Below are positions 1-12,593 of a stretch of DNA of 64,000 nt, one piece after another. The notes beneath the pieces are model-generated. The model was not told where the DNA came from. It worked only from the letters and a program-made list of their open reading frames with translations, and ran no database searches. Positions within the stretch are counted from its first letter, which is position 1; every line of letters starts with the position of its first letter. The translations under genes were made by a program, and so were the position numbers. Source of the DNA: a bacterium (lineage in GTDB: Bacteria; UBA8248); assembly GCA_965219955.1 (NCBI GenBank), contig OZ244799.1:64001-128000 (forward strand). The letters are read 5' to 3'.

Positions 1-33
1 TTGAATCTTTAAGCGTTTGATTCGGGACGGTTT

Positions 34-3807
<3,774 letters not shown>

Positions 3808-3983
3808 TTCTTCTTCGTCATTTCGACTCCGCCCCGATGGAAGTTCGCGTTGTGGTTTCCCCGTTGACGGCCCGCCCCTGTGAGACTAGATTGAGGGACG
3901 CGAAATCCCGACCCGGGGGACTCTCGATGGGCGGTGGATTCGGATGCGGATTTGAAGTATAAGCGCTTGTTCGCCAAGGGACT

Positions 3984-4068
3984 GCGAGGGTGGCGGAACT
4001 GGTAGACGCGCTGGATTTAGGATCCAGTGCCTTCGGGCGTGGGGGTTCGAGTCCCCCCCTTCGCACCA
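3984..4068 (+). tRNA. tRNA-Leu (anticodon TAG)
   Basis: GCGAGGG/CCTTCGC acceptor stem plus ACCA; anticodon arm CTGGA-TTTAGGA-TCCAG; long variable arm; GGTTCGAGTCC T-arm; sits upstream of tig. Confidence 0.96.
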
Positions 4069-4118
4069 ATGGCCCTGATCATTTCATGTTGTTGCGTTTC
4101 GATTCTGGAGAGTGAGGC

Positions 4119-5495
4119 ATGACCGGCACAGTGAGCGACATCGACGCCTGCACGAAGCGTCTCGAAGTCGCCGTCCCGCGCGCGGAGGTCGCCGAAGAGA
4201 TAGAGCGCGCCTACAGGCGGCTCTCGGGGCGCGTGAAGATGAAGGGTTTCCGGAAGGGGAAAATCCCCCGCCGCGTGCTCGAGCGCTACTACGGCGAGGA
4301 GGTGCAGGCGGAGGTCCTGAACCACGTGATATCGACTTCCTACCGCAGCCTGCTGGAGGACAGGGGCATGCGTCCGGTGGGCGAGCCGAACGTGACCGAC
4401 ATCAATATGGAAGATGACGCCCCGGAACTGACGTACAAGGCGACGGTGGAGGTCATCCCCCCCTTCGAACTCGGCGAATACAAGGGGCTTAAAATCAAGG
4501 CCCATCGCCAAACGGTGACGGACGAGATGGTCGATCAGCAGATCGAGGTTCTCCGGCAGCGGGTCGCCACGTTCGAGGACGTGGACAGGGAGGCCCGTGC
4601 GGGGGATTACGTTCTCTTCGACATCGAGGCGTTCGATGGCGAGGCCGCCGTGCCCGGCTCCCGGGGGGAGAACCAGGCCCTCATGATCGGGGGCGATGAG
4701 AGCGAAACGGAGTTGAGCGACGCGCTCACCGGCATGAGGAGCGGCGAGGAGACGGACGTCGACATCGACGTTCCCGAAGGCGCCTCGCCCAACATCGCGG
4801 GCAAGAGCCTCCGGTTCCACCTTCATCTCAAGGAAGTGAAGGAAGCGCATCCGCCCGAGCTGGACGAGGAATTCGTAAAATCCTTAGGGAGAGGCTATAC
4901 CAGCACAGAAGACTTGCGGGCCGACGTCGTGAAAGAGATGGAATCGATGGAGGATTCGAACGCGCGCGGCCACGGGATTTCCGAGCTGCTGAAGTCGCTG
5001 CTCGAAGCGCATCCCTTCGAGGTGCCTCCCACGCTGGTCAAGGGGGAGGCGGATGAGCAGATTCGTGAATACGAGCGCAGGCTGCGCCAGGAAAACCCCG
5101 ACGTCCAGCTCTCCGAAGGCAAGATCGAGGAGTTGCGCGAAGAGGTGAGGCCCCGGGCCGAGGAGCGGGTGCGCCAGCTCATCATCGTGGAGCGCATCCG
5201 CGAGGCGGAGGAGATCGAGGCGAGCGCCGAGGAGGTCGAGGCGCAGATCAACATCTCGGCCGCGCGCTACGGCATGACGCCCGAGAAACTTCGCGAGCGG
5301 ATGATGACGACCGGGGCGATGGCTTCGCTCGTCTCGAACATCAACTACAACAAGACGGTGAGTTGGCTCTATGATCAGGCCGACGTGGAATTCGACGTTC
5401 ACGATGCCGCCGAACATGATGCGCATTCCCGCGACTCAGATGAGGACGAGGGGGAGGAGCGCTCATCCGGCGGCGATTCGAAAGAGGATGGATAA
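4119..5495 (+). CDS. tig: Trigger factor
   Basis: GFRKGKIP ribosome-binding signature, FKBP-like middle domain; precedes clpP-clpX. Confidence 0.95.
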   Translation: MTGTVSDIDACTKRLEVAVPRAEVAEEIERAYRRLSGRVKMKGFRKGKIPRRVLERYYGEEVQAEVLNHVISTSYRSLLEDRGMRPVGEPNVTDINMEDDAPELTYKATVEVIPPFELGEYKGLKIKAHRQTVTDEMVDQQIEVLRQRVATFEDVDREARAGDYVLFDIEAFDGEAAVPGSRGENQALMIGGDESETELSDALTGMRSGEETDVDIDVPEGASPNIAGKSLRFHLHLKEVKEAHPPELDEEFVKSLGRGYTSTEDLRADVVKEMESMEDSNARGHGISELLKSLLEAHPFEVPPTLVKGEADEQIREYERRLRQENPDVQLSEGKIEELREEVRPRAEERVRQLIIVERIREAEEIEASAEEVEAQINISAARYGMTPEKLRERMMTTGAMASLVSNINYNKTVSWLYDQADVEFDVHDAAEHDAHSRDSDEDEGEERSSGGDSKEDG

Positions 5496-5498
5496 AAA

Positions 5499-6149
5499 GT
5501 GGCACTCGTACCCATGGTGGTGGAACAGACGAACAGAGGCGAGCGGGCGTACGACATCTACAGCCGCCTGCTGAAGGAGAGGATCATCTTTCTGGGCACG
5601 GCGATAGACGACACCATCGCGAACCTCGTGACGGCCCAGCTGCTTTTCCTGGAGGCCGAGGAGCCCGACCGCGACATCGCCATGTACGTGAACAGCCCGG
5701 GCGGCACCGTCACGGCGGGTCTGGCCATTTACGACACGATGCAGTACATCAAGCCCGACGTATCGACCATCTGCATCGGTCAGGCGGCGAGCATGGGCGC
5801 GCTCCTGCTGACGGCGGGGGCGAAGGGCAAGCGCTACGCCCTGCCCAACTCGCGCATCCTGATCCACCAGCCCCTCGGCGGCGTGCAGGGACAGGCGAGC
5901 GACATCGACATCCAGGCGCGCGAGATCCTCCGAATGCGCGAGGAACTCAACGAGATTCTCGCGCGGCACTCGGGCCAGCCGGTCAAGCGGATTGAAAAAG
6001 ACACCGATCGTGATAATTTCATGACGGCCGAACAGGCGAAGGACTACGGCCTGCTGGACGACGTGATCGTCGCGCGCACGGATTCATCGAATCTCATATC
6101 GGGCGACGGGATGGATGACGGCAACATCCAGGAGAACAACGGCTCCTGA
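5499..6149 (+). CDS. clpP: Clp protease proteolytic subunit
   Basis: [31 protein letters not shown] motifs; GTG start. Confidence 0.98.
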   Translation: MALVPMVVEQTNRGERAYDIYSRLLKERIIFLGTAIDDTIANLVTAQLLFLEAEEPDRDIAMYVNSPGGTVTAGLAIYDTMQYIKPDVSTICIGQAASMGALLLTAGAKGKRYALPNSRILIHQPLGGVQGQASDIDIQAREILRMREELNEILARHSGQPVKRIEKDTDRDNFMTAEQAKDYGLLDDVIVARTDSSNLISGDGMDDGNIQENNGS

Positions 6150-6200
6150 CCGGGGCCGGTTTTGTTTCCGGAAGCGCTCTTCTCCGAGGGGGAATGATCG

Positions 6201-7442
6201 ATGGCGAGGCGAGCCTCAGATAAAAAAGACGCTCTTCGTTGCTCGTTCTGCGGAAAAAGCCAGGAGGAGGTGAAGAAGCTCATTGCCGGTCCGCACGTGT
6301 ACATCTGCGATGAATGCGTGGAGTTGTGCCAGGAAATCATGATGGAGGAGTGGAACGAGGAGCAGAAGAGCAAGGCGAAATCCCTCCTGAAGCCCACCGA
6401 GATCAAGGCCATCCTCGATGAGCACATCGTCGGCCAGGAGAAAGCGAAAAAATCGCTTTCCGTCGCCGTATACAACCACTACCGGCGCGTGGAGGCGCAA
6501 ATCGACTTACACGACGTGGAACTGCAAAAGAGCAACATCCTGCTCATCGGCCCCACCGGCTCGGGCAAGACGCTCATGGCCCAGACCCTCGCGCGCCTGC
6601 TCGACGTGCCCTTCGCCATCGTCGACGCCACCACGCTCACCGAGGCCGGCTACGTGGGCGAGGACGTGGAGAACATTATTCTCAAGCTCTTGCAGGCCGC
6701 CGATTTCGACGTGGGGAAAGCCGAGCGCGGCATCATCTACATCGACGAGGTCGACAAGATCAGCCGAAAGAGCGAGAACCCCTCCATCACCAGGGACGTC
6801 TCCGGCGAGGGGGTGCAGCAGGCCCTGCTCAAGATCATCGAGGGAACGGTGGCCAACGTGCCGCCCCAGGGCGGGCGCAAGCACCCCCACCAGGAGTTCC
6901 TGCGCGTCGACACGGCGAACATCCTCTTCATCGGGGGCGGGGCGTTCGTGGGTCTCGACGACCTCATCAAGAAGCGGGTCGGCCAGATGGGAATGGGTTT
7001 CGAGGCCAGTCTCAAGAGCGGGAAGGATGATTCGCTGAGTGCGCTGCTCGCCCAGGTGACGCCTGAGGATTTGCTGAAATACGGTCTGATCCCGGAGTTC
7101 GTGGGCCGCCTGCCGGTCGTGGCCACGCTCAATGATCTGGATCAGGACGCGCTCGTGCGCATCCTGAGCGAACCGAAAAACGCGCTCGTGAAGCAATACC
7201 GCAAGCTGGTGGAGTTCGAGAGCGTCACCCTGCAGTTCACGGAGGACGCCCTCGTCGCCATCGCCGAAAAGGCGCTCGAGCTCAACACGGGCGCGCGCGG
7301 GCTCCGCGCCATCATCGAGGAACTGATGCTCGATACGATGTACGAATTGCCGGGCATGGTCGGCGTCAAGGAAATCATCATCAACGAGAACGTGGTGGCC
7401 CGAAAGGAAAGTCCGCTGCTGGTCTATGAAAAAGCGAGTTGA
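6201..7442 (+). CDS. clpX: Clp protease ATP-binding subunit
   Basis: CSFCGK..CDEC zinc finger, GPTGSGKT Walker [23 protein letters not shown]. Confidence 0.98.
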   Translation: MARRASDKKDALRCSFCGKSQEEVKKLIAGPHVYICDECVELCQEIMMEEWNEEQKSKAKSLLKPTEIKAILDEHIVGQEKAKKSLSVAVYNHYRRVEAQIDLHDVELQKSNILLIGPTGSGKTLMAQTLARLLDVPFAIVDATTLTEAGYVGEDVENIILKLLQAADFDVGKAERGIIYIDEVDKISRKSENPSITRDVSGEGVQQALLKIIEGTVANVPPQGGRKHPHQEFLRVDTANILFIGGGAFVGLDDLIKKRVGQMGMGFEASLKSGKDDSLSALLAQVTPEDLLKYGLIPEFVGRLPVVATLNDLDQDALVRILSEPKNALVKQYRKLVEFESVTLQFTEDALVAIAEKALELNTGARGLRAIIEELMLDTMYELPGMVGVKEIIINENVVARKESPLLVYEKAS

Positions 7443-7656
7443 GCCATCTTCCGCAACTTTTCTTCATCCGATGAGCGTTTCGTGACTCTCAGGCCGCATG
7501 GTTCCCCTCGTGCGGTTTCGGGGGAGTCCGCGCAACGGAAGGGCGGGTTGGTTTTTTCCACCAGGGGCGTTATTTTTCGTCGATGTGGGGAAAGCGCGCA
7601 TTGACAATGCGCGGGCTGCTTTCCTATCATTTCGCTATACCGGATATACCGGACGA

Positions 7657-7731
7657 AGGCGCGTAGCTCAGGGGGAGAGCGCTTGCTTGACACGCAAGAG
7701 GTCGGCGGTTCAAAACCGCCCGCGCCTACCA
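7657..7731 (+). tRNA. tRNA-Val (anticodon GAC)
   Basis: AGGCGCG/CGCGCCT acceptor stem plus ACCA; TAGCTCAG D-arm; anticodon arm CTTGC-TTGACAC-GCAAG; GGTTCAAA T-loop. Confidence 0.96.
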
Positions 7732-7827
7732 TCATGGAATGGACGATGGGGCGATTCGCCGCCCCATCGTGAGGATAACGATTCGAGGAACTTCAGAGGA
7801 GATTGCGGCGCCAGCCAACGCCCGTTT

Positions 7828-9705
7828 ATGTCCCAGCAAACCAAGCAAAGAGACTTTCCCAAAGACGCCATCGCGCTGAAGATTGGCGGCGAGCCCGTTG
7901 ATTTGAATCGCGGCCTTCCCGACGACGCCGAACCGGATTTCATCCTGCTCGATTCCGAGGAGGGCCTGGAGATTCTGCGCCACAGCACGGCGCACCTCAT
8001 GGCCCAGGCGGTGCAGGAACTCTTTCCCGGCGCGCAGCTCACCATCGGCCCTCCTATCGAAAACGGGTTTTATTACGACATCGACGTCGACGTCACATTC
8101 ACGCCCGAGGATTTGAAGAAGATCGAGGCGAGAATGAAAAAACTCGCCAAGAAGAAATACGCCATCGAGCGCGAGGACATCTCACGCGCGGCCGCGCTGT
8201 CCCTTTTCGGGGAAAGGGGCGAGAGCTACAAGATAGAGATGATCCACGACCTGCCCGAGGACGAGGCGCTTTCGATCTACCGCCAGGGCGATTTCGTGGA
8301 CCTGTGCCGGGGGCCGCACGTGCCCGCTACGGGCTGGCTGCGCAACTTCAAGCTCCTGAGCGTGGCGGGCGCCTACTGGCGCGGCGATGAGAAGAACAAG
8401 ATGCTCCAGCGCATCTACGGCACCGCTTTCGCGACGAAGCAAGACCTGGCGGATCATCTGCAGAAACTCGAAGACGCCAGAAAGAGGGACCACCGCGTCA
8501 TCGGCAAGCAACTCGGCATCTTCCTGGTCGATGAGGACGCGGGCGGCGGGCTGATCTACTGGCAGCCCCGGGGCACGACGGTCAAAAAGGTGATCGAGCG
8601 CTTCTGGGAGGATGAACACGTCAAGCGCGGCTACCAGCTCGTCTCCATTCCCCACATCACGCGCGACGTGCTCTTCAAGACTTCCGGCCATTATGATTTC
8701 TACCGGGAAAACATGTATGTCCTGAACATCGACGAGGATGAATACGTCCTGAAACCGATGAACTGCCCGGGCCACATCCTGATCTATCAGCAGAAGATCC
8801 ACAGCTACCGCGACCTGCCCTACCGCCTCGCGGAACTGGGCACGGTCTACCGCTACGAGAGGAGCGGCGCGCTGCACGGAATGCTCCGGGTGCGGGGCTT
8901 CACCCAGGACGACGCCCACATCTTCTGCACGCCGGAGCAAGCCGAAGACGAGGTGCTGGGCGTCATCGATCTGGCGCACTTCATGCTGAGGACGTTCGGC
9001 TACGAGGATTTCGAGACCGAACTCTCGGTGCATGATAGTTCCGATTTCAGCAAGTACGCCGGCGTGCTCGAGGACTGGGAGGCGGCGGAGGAGGCGCTCA
9101 CCCGCGCGCTCGAGAAGCGGGGCATCTCCTATAAGCGCATCGAGGGCGAGGCGGCGTTCTACGGGCCGAAAATCGACATCAAGATGCGCGACGCGCTGGG
9201 CCGCGGCTGGCAGGGGCCGACCATCCAGTTCGACTTCAACCTGCCCAAGCGCTTCGATCTCAACTACGTCGGCGCGGACGGCGCGCGCCACAAGGTCATC
9301 ATGATTCACAGAACCGTCATGGGTTCGATGGAGCGTTTCGTGGGCGGGCTGATAGAGCACTACGCGGGTGCGTTTCCCGCATGGCTCGCGCCCGAGCAGG
9401 CGCGCATCATGACGATCACCGACGATCACATCCCCTACGGCCGCGAGGTGGAGAGCAAGCTGCTCGCCGCGGGGTTCCGGGCGGAGGGGGATTTCCGAAA
9501 CGAGAAGATTGGGTATAAAATAAGGGAAGCCCAGCGAGACAAGATACCGTATATGCTCATCCTCGGCGCGCGCGAGGCGGAAACCGGAGAAGTTTCTCTC
9601 AGGCTTCGCGAACAAGGCGACGTGGGGTCCATCTCATTGGAGGAACTTATGGAGAGAATGCGAAGCGACATCGAGAACAAATCACTCACCTCGGGAGCGG
9701 TCTGA
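7828..9705 (+). CDS. thrS: Threonine--tRNA ligase
   Basis: LRHSTAH, DLCRGPH, KPMNCPGH, RVRGFTQDDAH; start moved to ATG 7828 because the track ORF runs through tRNA-Val. Confidence 0.96.
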   Translation: MSQQTKQRDFPKDAIALKIGGEPVDLNRGLPDDAEPDFILLDSEEGLEILRHSTAHLMAQAVQELFPGAQLTIGPPIENGFYYDIDVDVTFTPEDLKKIEARMKKLAKKKYAIEREDISRAAALSLFGERGESYKIEMIHDLPEDEALSIYRQGDFVDLCRGPHVPATGWLRNFKLLSVAGAYWRGDEKNKMLQRIYGTAFATKQDLADHLQKLEDARKRDHRVIGKQLGIFLVDEDAGGGLIYWQPRGTTVKKVIERFWEDEHVKRGYQLVSIPHITRDVLFKTSGHYDFYRENMYVLNIDEDEYVLKPMNCPGHILIYQQKIHSYRDLPYRLAELGTVYRYERSGALHGMLRVRGFTQDDAHIFCTPEQAEDEVLGVIDLAHFMLRTFGYEDFETELSVHDSSDFSKYAGVLEDWEAAEEALTRALEKRGISYKRIEGEAAFYGPKIDIKMRDALGRGWQGPTIQFDFNLPKRFDLNYVGADGARHKVIMIHRTVMGSMERFVGGLIEHYAGAFPAWLAPEQARIMTITDDHIPYGREVESKLLAAGFRAEGDFRNEKIGYKIREAQRDKIPYMLILGAREAETGEVSLRLREQGDVGSISLEELMERMRSDIENKSLTSGAV

Positions 9706-9706
9706 T

Positions 9707-10438
9707 ATGGCGTCGCGCTTCAGAGGGCGGGATATTCACCCGACAGCCACAGGCCCCAGAGCCAATCGGGACATCCGCGTTCCGATGGTGCGGGTCATCG
9801 ACGAAGACGGACAGCAGCTCGGCGTTCTCCCCGTGGAGGAGGCGGTGGAGGCCGCCGAAGATCGGGACCTTGACCTCGTCGAGGTATCTCCCAACGCTGA
9901 CCCGCCCGTGTGCAAGATCATGGACCTGGGCCGCTACAAATACACGCAGCAGAAAAAGGCGCAGGAGGCCAAGAAGAAACAGCGCGTGGTGGAGGTGAAA
10001 GAAGTCAAGCTTCGCATCAAGATTGAAGAGCACGACTACGCGATCAAGCGAAGGCACGCGGAGCGGTTCCTGAACGACGGGAACAAGGCGAAGGTCACCA
10101 TCATGTTCCGAGGACGCGAGGTGACGCACCCCGACCTGGGGAGGAAACTGCTGGAAAGAATGGCGAACGAGCTCATCGAGATCGGCACGGTGGAGCAGTT
10201 CCCCAATCTCGAGGGCCGCAACATGACGATGGTTCTCGCGCCGAAATCGACAAAACCGCCCAAAAAGGATACAACGCCGCGCAGGAAATCGGGCAGGAAG
10301 ACGGAAGACGTCTCAATGGACGATGGAAAACTGACGGCTCCTCTCGCGGAGGCGCTCAAGGATGCGGACATTCAAGTCAGCCCGGATGACGGGGCGGATG
10401 ACGGGAAACCCGAAGGAGAAGTGAAAGAAGATGCCTAA
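9707..10438 (+). CDS. infC: Translation initiation factor IF-3 with long C-terminal extension
   Basis: [34 protein letters not shown]; follows thrS; start could instead be ATT 9734. Confidence 0.95.
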   Translation: MASRFRGRDIHPTATGPRANRDIRVPMVRVIDEDGQQLGVLPVEEAVEAAEDRDLDLVEVSPNADPPVCKIMDLGRYKYTQQKKAQEAKKKQRVVEVKEVKLRIKIEEHDYAIKRRHAERFLNDGNKAKVTIMFRGREVTHPDLGRKLLERMANELIEIGTVEQFPNLEGRNMTMVLAPKSTKPPKKDTTPRRKSGRKTEDVSMDDGKLTAPLAEALKDADIQVSPDDGADDGKPEGEVKEDA

Positions 10439-10628
10439 GATGAAGACGAACCGCGGAGCGGCCAAGCGTTTCAAGATAACGGCTACGGGCAAGGTGAAGC
10501 GGAACCGCTCCCATCACCGTCATATCCTGACGAAGAAGACGACGAAAAGAAAAAGAGAACTCCGTCACAGCACCATCGCGAATCCCACGGACGCGAAGAT
10601 GATCAAGCGGCTGATACCTTATATGTAG
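10431..10628 (+). CDS. rpmI: 50S ribosomal protein L35
   Basis: [21 protein letters not shown]. Confidence 0.97.
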   Translation: MPKMKTNRGAAKRFKITATGKVKRNRSHHRHILTKKTTKRKRELRHSTIANPTDAKMIKRLIPYM

Positions 10629-10707
10629 TTTTTCGCCGAAATGATGATGGTTTTGCTCAGGGCGATCTGGTGAGGCGGCGCCGTCATTCCGCCGGTGAGA
10701 GGAAGAG

Positions 10708-10857
10708 ATGGGCAATCCGGTGGGCGAGCTGAATGACTTTATCAAGTCGATCCTGGGCGGGGTCGGGTCATATGTTGGTGAATATCCTTACGCTGCAGGC
10801 GCAGTCCTTTTTTTGGCTTTAATTCTCAGACGCACCTTCAAGCGCGCCCGGAAGTAA
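10708..10857 (+). CDS. Putative 49-aa tail-anchored membrane protein (not in ORF track)
   Basis: GAGAGGAAG RBS then ATG; MGNPVGELNDFIKSILGGVGSYVGEYPYAAGAVLFLALILRRTFKRARK; hydrophobic segment followed by a basic tail. Confidence 0.6.
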   Translation: MGNPVGELNDFIKSILGGVGSYVGEYPYAAGAVLFLALILRRTFKRARK

Positions 10858-11000
10858 CGCGCCCTTTTTCAGGCGCCTCGGGCTTGCGGTCATCCGCCCG
10901 TGCGGGTATATTCCCCCGGTCGGTCGCGAGAATTTGTGGGTTTTCGAGGCGGCCTCCGAGGGAATGGCAGAAAATCATCGATTGAGGGAGTAACCGAATC

Positions 11001-11357
11001 ATGCCGCGTTCGACAGGAAATCCGGCTGGCAGGGAACGACATCGCAGGCTTCTCAAGGAAGCGAAGGGCTATCGGGGTGCGCGCTCGAAGAGGTTCCGCT
11101 CCGCCCGGGAGTCCGTGTTTCGCGCCCGCGCCTACGCCTATCGCGACCGCCGGGTGCGCAAGCGCGAGTTCAGGCGTCTTTGGAACGTTCGCATCAATGC
11201 GGCGGCCCGTCTGCATGGTCTCAATTACAGCCGCTTCATCTGGGGGCTGGGCCAGGCGGGGGTGGAAGTGAACCGCAAGATTCTGGCCGAATTGGCGATT
11301 GAGGACCCCCAGGCTTTCGGCAAACTCGTGGAAATCGCCAAGGCGCAGGCCGCCTAG
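11001..11357 (+). CDS. rplT: 50S ribosomal protein L20
   Basis: [34 protein letters not shown]. Confidence 0.97.
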   Translation: MPRSTGNPAGRERHRRLLKEAKGYRGARSKRFRSARESVFRARAYAYRDRRVRKREFRRLWNVRINAAARLHGLNYSRFIWGLGQAGVEVNRKILAELAIEDPQAFGKLVEIAKAQAA

Positions 11358-11380
11358 AGCCGGGCAAGAAAAGGTGCTTC

Positions 11381-11411
11381 AGGCTCCACCCTGCCGGGTG
11401 GGGCCTTTTTT
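11381..11411 (+). terminator. Rho-independent terminator after rplT
   Basis: AGGCTCCACCC-TGCC-GGGTGGGGCCT stem followed by a T run. Confidence 0.75.
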
Positions 11412-11447
11412 ATGCGGCCCCGAATGGTTGGGGACTGAGGAACGAAC

Positions 11448-12560
11448 ATGAGCGAAGACCTGCTTGTCGGCATTATCCGCGAATCCTCCGGCGCGTTGTC
11501 GGACGCCTGGGCCGCGCGCGACGCAGGCGCGGCCGAGGGAGTGCGCATTCGCTACCTGGGCCGCAAGGGCGGTGAACTCAACGAGGTGATGCGGGGACTC
11601 AAGGATTTGTCCGCCGAGGAGAAGCGCATTGTCGGTCCGCTGGCCAACGCTGTTCGCACCTACATCGAGGCGAGCGTTTCGGCCATCAAGGAAGACGACA
11701 GGGAAAAGATAATCGAAGCGCACCGCGCCCTCGGCGAACGCCTGAGAGGCAGGGAAGAGGGCGGTGCGTTGAGCGGGATGATCGAGCAAAGGGAAAATGA
11801 GATTCTCGGCGCCGGGGACGTCGCCGACACGTCGCGCTCGCGGCTCGACCTCACGATTCCCGGACGCGCGCCGCACATCGGCCATGAGCATCCCCTCGTA
11901 CAGACGATGGAGTATCTGATCGAGGTGCTCACGCGCCTGGGCTATTCCGTGGCCGAAGGCCCCGAGGCGGAACTCGATTACTACAATTTCGAGGCCCTGA
12001 ACATCCCCAGGGACCATCCGGCCCGCGACATGCAGGATACGTTTTACCTGACCGGCGACGCCCTTTTGCGCACGCACACCTCGCCCGTGCAGATCCGGGT
12101 GATGGAGAGCCAGCCGCCGCCTGTCAAGGTCATCGCCCCCGGCAAGGTGTTCCGCTGCGACGCCGACGTCACGCACTCGCCCATGTTCCACCAGATCGAG
12201 GGTTTGTACGTGGATGAGGGCGTGACGTTCGCCGACCTCAAGGGAACGCTAGAGGCCTTCGTGCGCGAAATTTTCGGCCCCGAGTACCGCGTGCGGCTCA
12301 GGCCCAGTTTCTTCCCGTTCACGGAGCCGAGCGTCGAGGTGGATATCGCCAGCGATTACGTGGCGGGCGGGGAGTGGATGGAGGTTTTGGGCGCAGGCAT
12401 GGTGGACCCGGCGGTCTTCGAGGCGGTGGGGTACGACCCCGAGCGGTGGACCGGGTTCGCCTGGGGCCTGGGCGTGGAGCGCATCACCATGCTGCGCTAC
12501 GGCATCAGCGACATCCGTCTTTTCTTTGAAAACGACTTGAGAATGCTGCGGCAATTCTGA
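11448..12560 (+). CDS. pheS: Phenylalanine--tRNA ligase alpha subunit
   Basis: HPARDMQDTF, LRTHTSPVQ, FPFTEPS, GLGVER. Confidence 0.97.
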   Translation: MSEDLLVGIIRESSGALSDAWAARDAGAAEGVRIRYLGRKGGELNEVMRGLKDLSAEEKRIVGPLANAVRTYIEASVSAIKEDDREKIIEAHRALGERLRGREEGGALSGMIEQRENEILGAGDVADTSRSRLDLTIPGRAPHIGHEHPLVQTMEYLIEVLTRLGYSVAEGPEAELDYYNFEALNIPRDHPARDMQDTFYLTGDALLRTHTSPVQIRVMESQPPPVKVIAPGKVFRCDADVTHSPMFHQIEGLYVDEGVTFADLKGTLEAFVREIFGPEYRVRLRPSFFPFTEPSVEVDIASDYVAGGEWMEVLGAGMVDPAVFEAVGYDPERWTGFAWGLGVERITMLRYGISDIRLFFENDLRMLRQF

Positions 12561-12593
12561 TTTTTCGAATCAAACGCGCAATGAGGGACCCCG

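Noticed and set aside
7498-7827. N-terminal extension of ThrS in the ORF track
   Set aside because: It runs through tRNA-Val and its promoter; ThrS similarity begins near ATG 7828.
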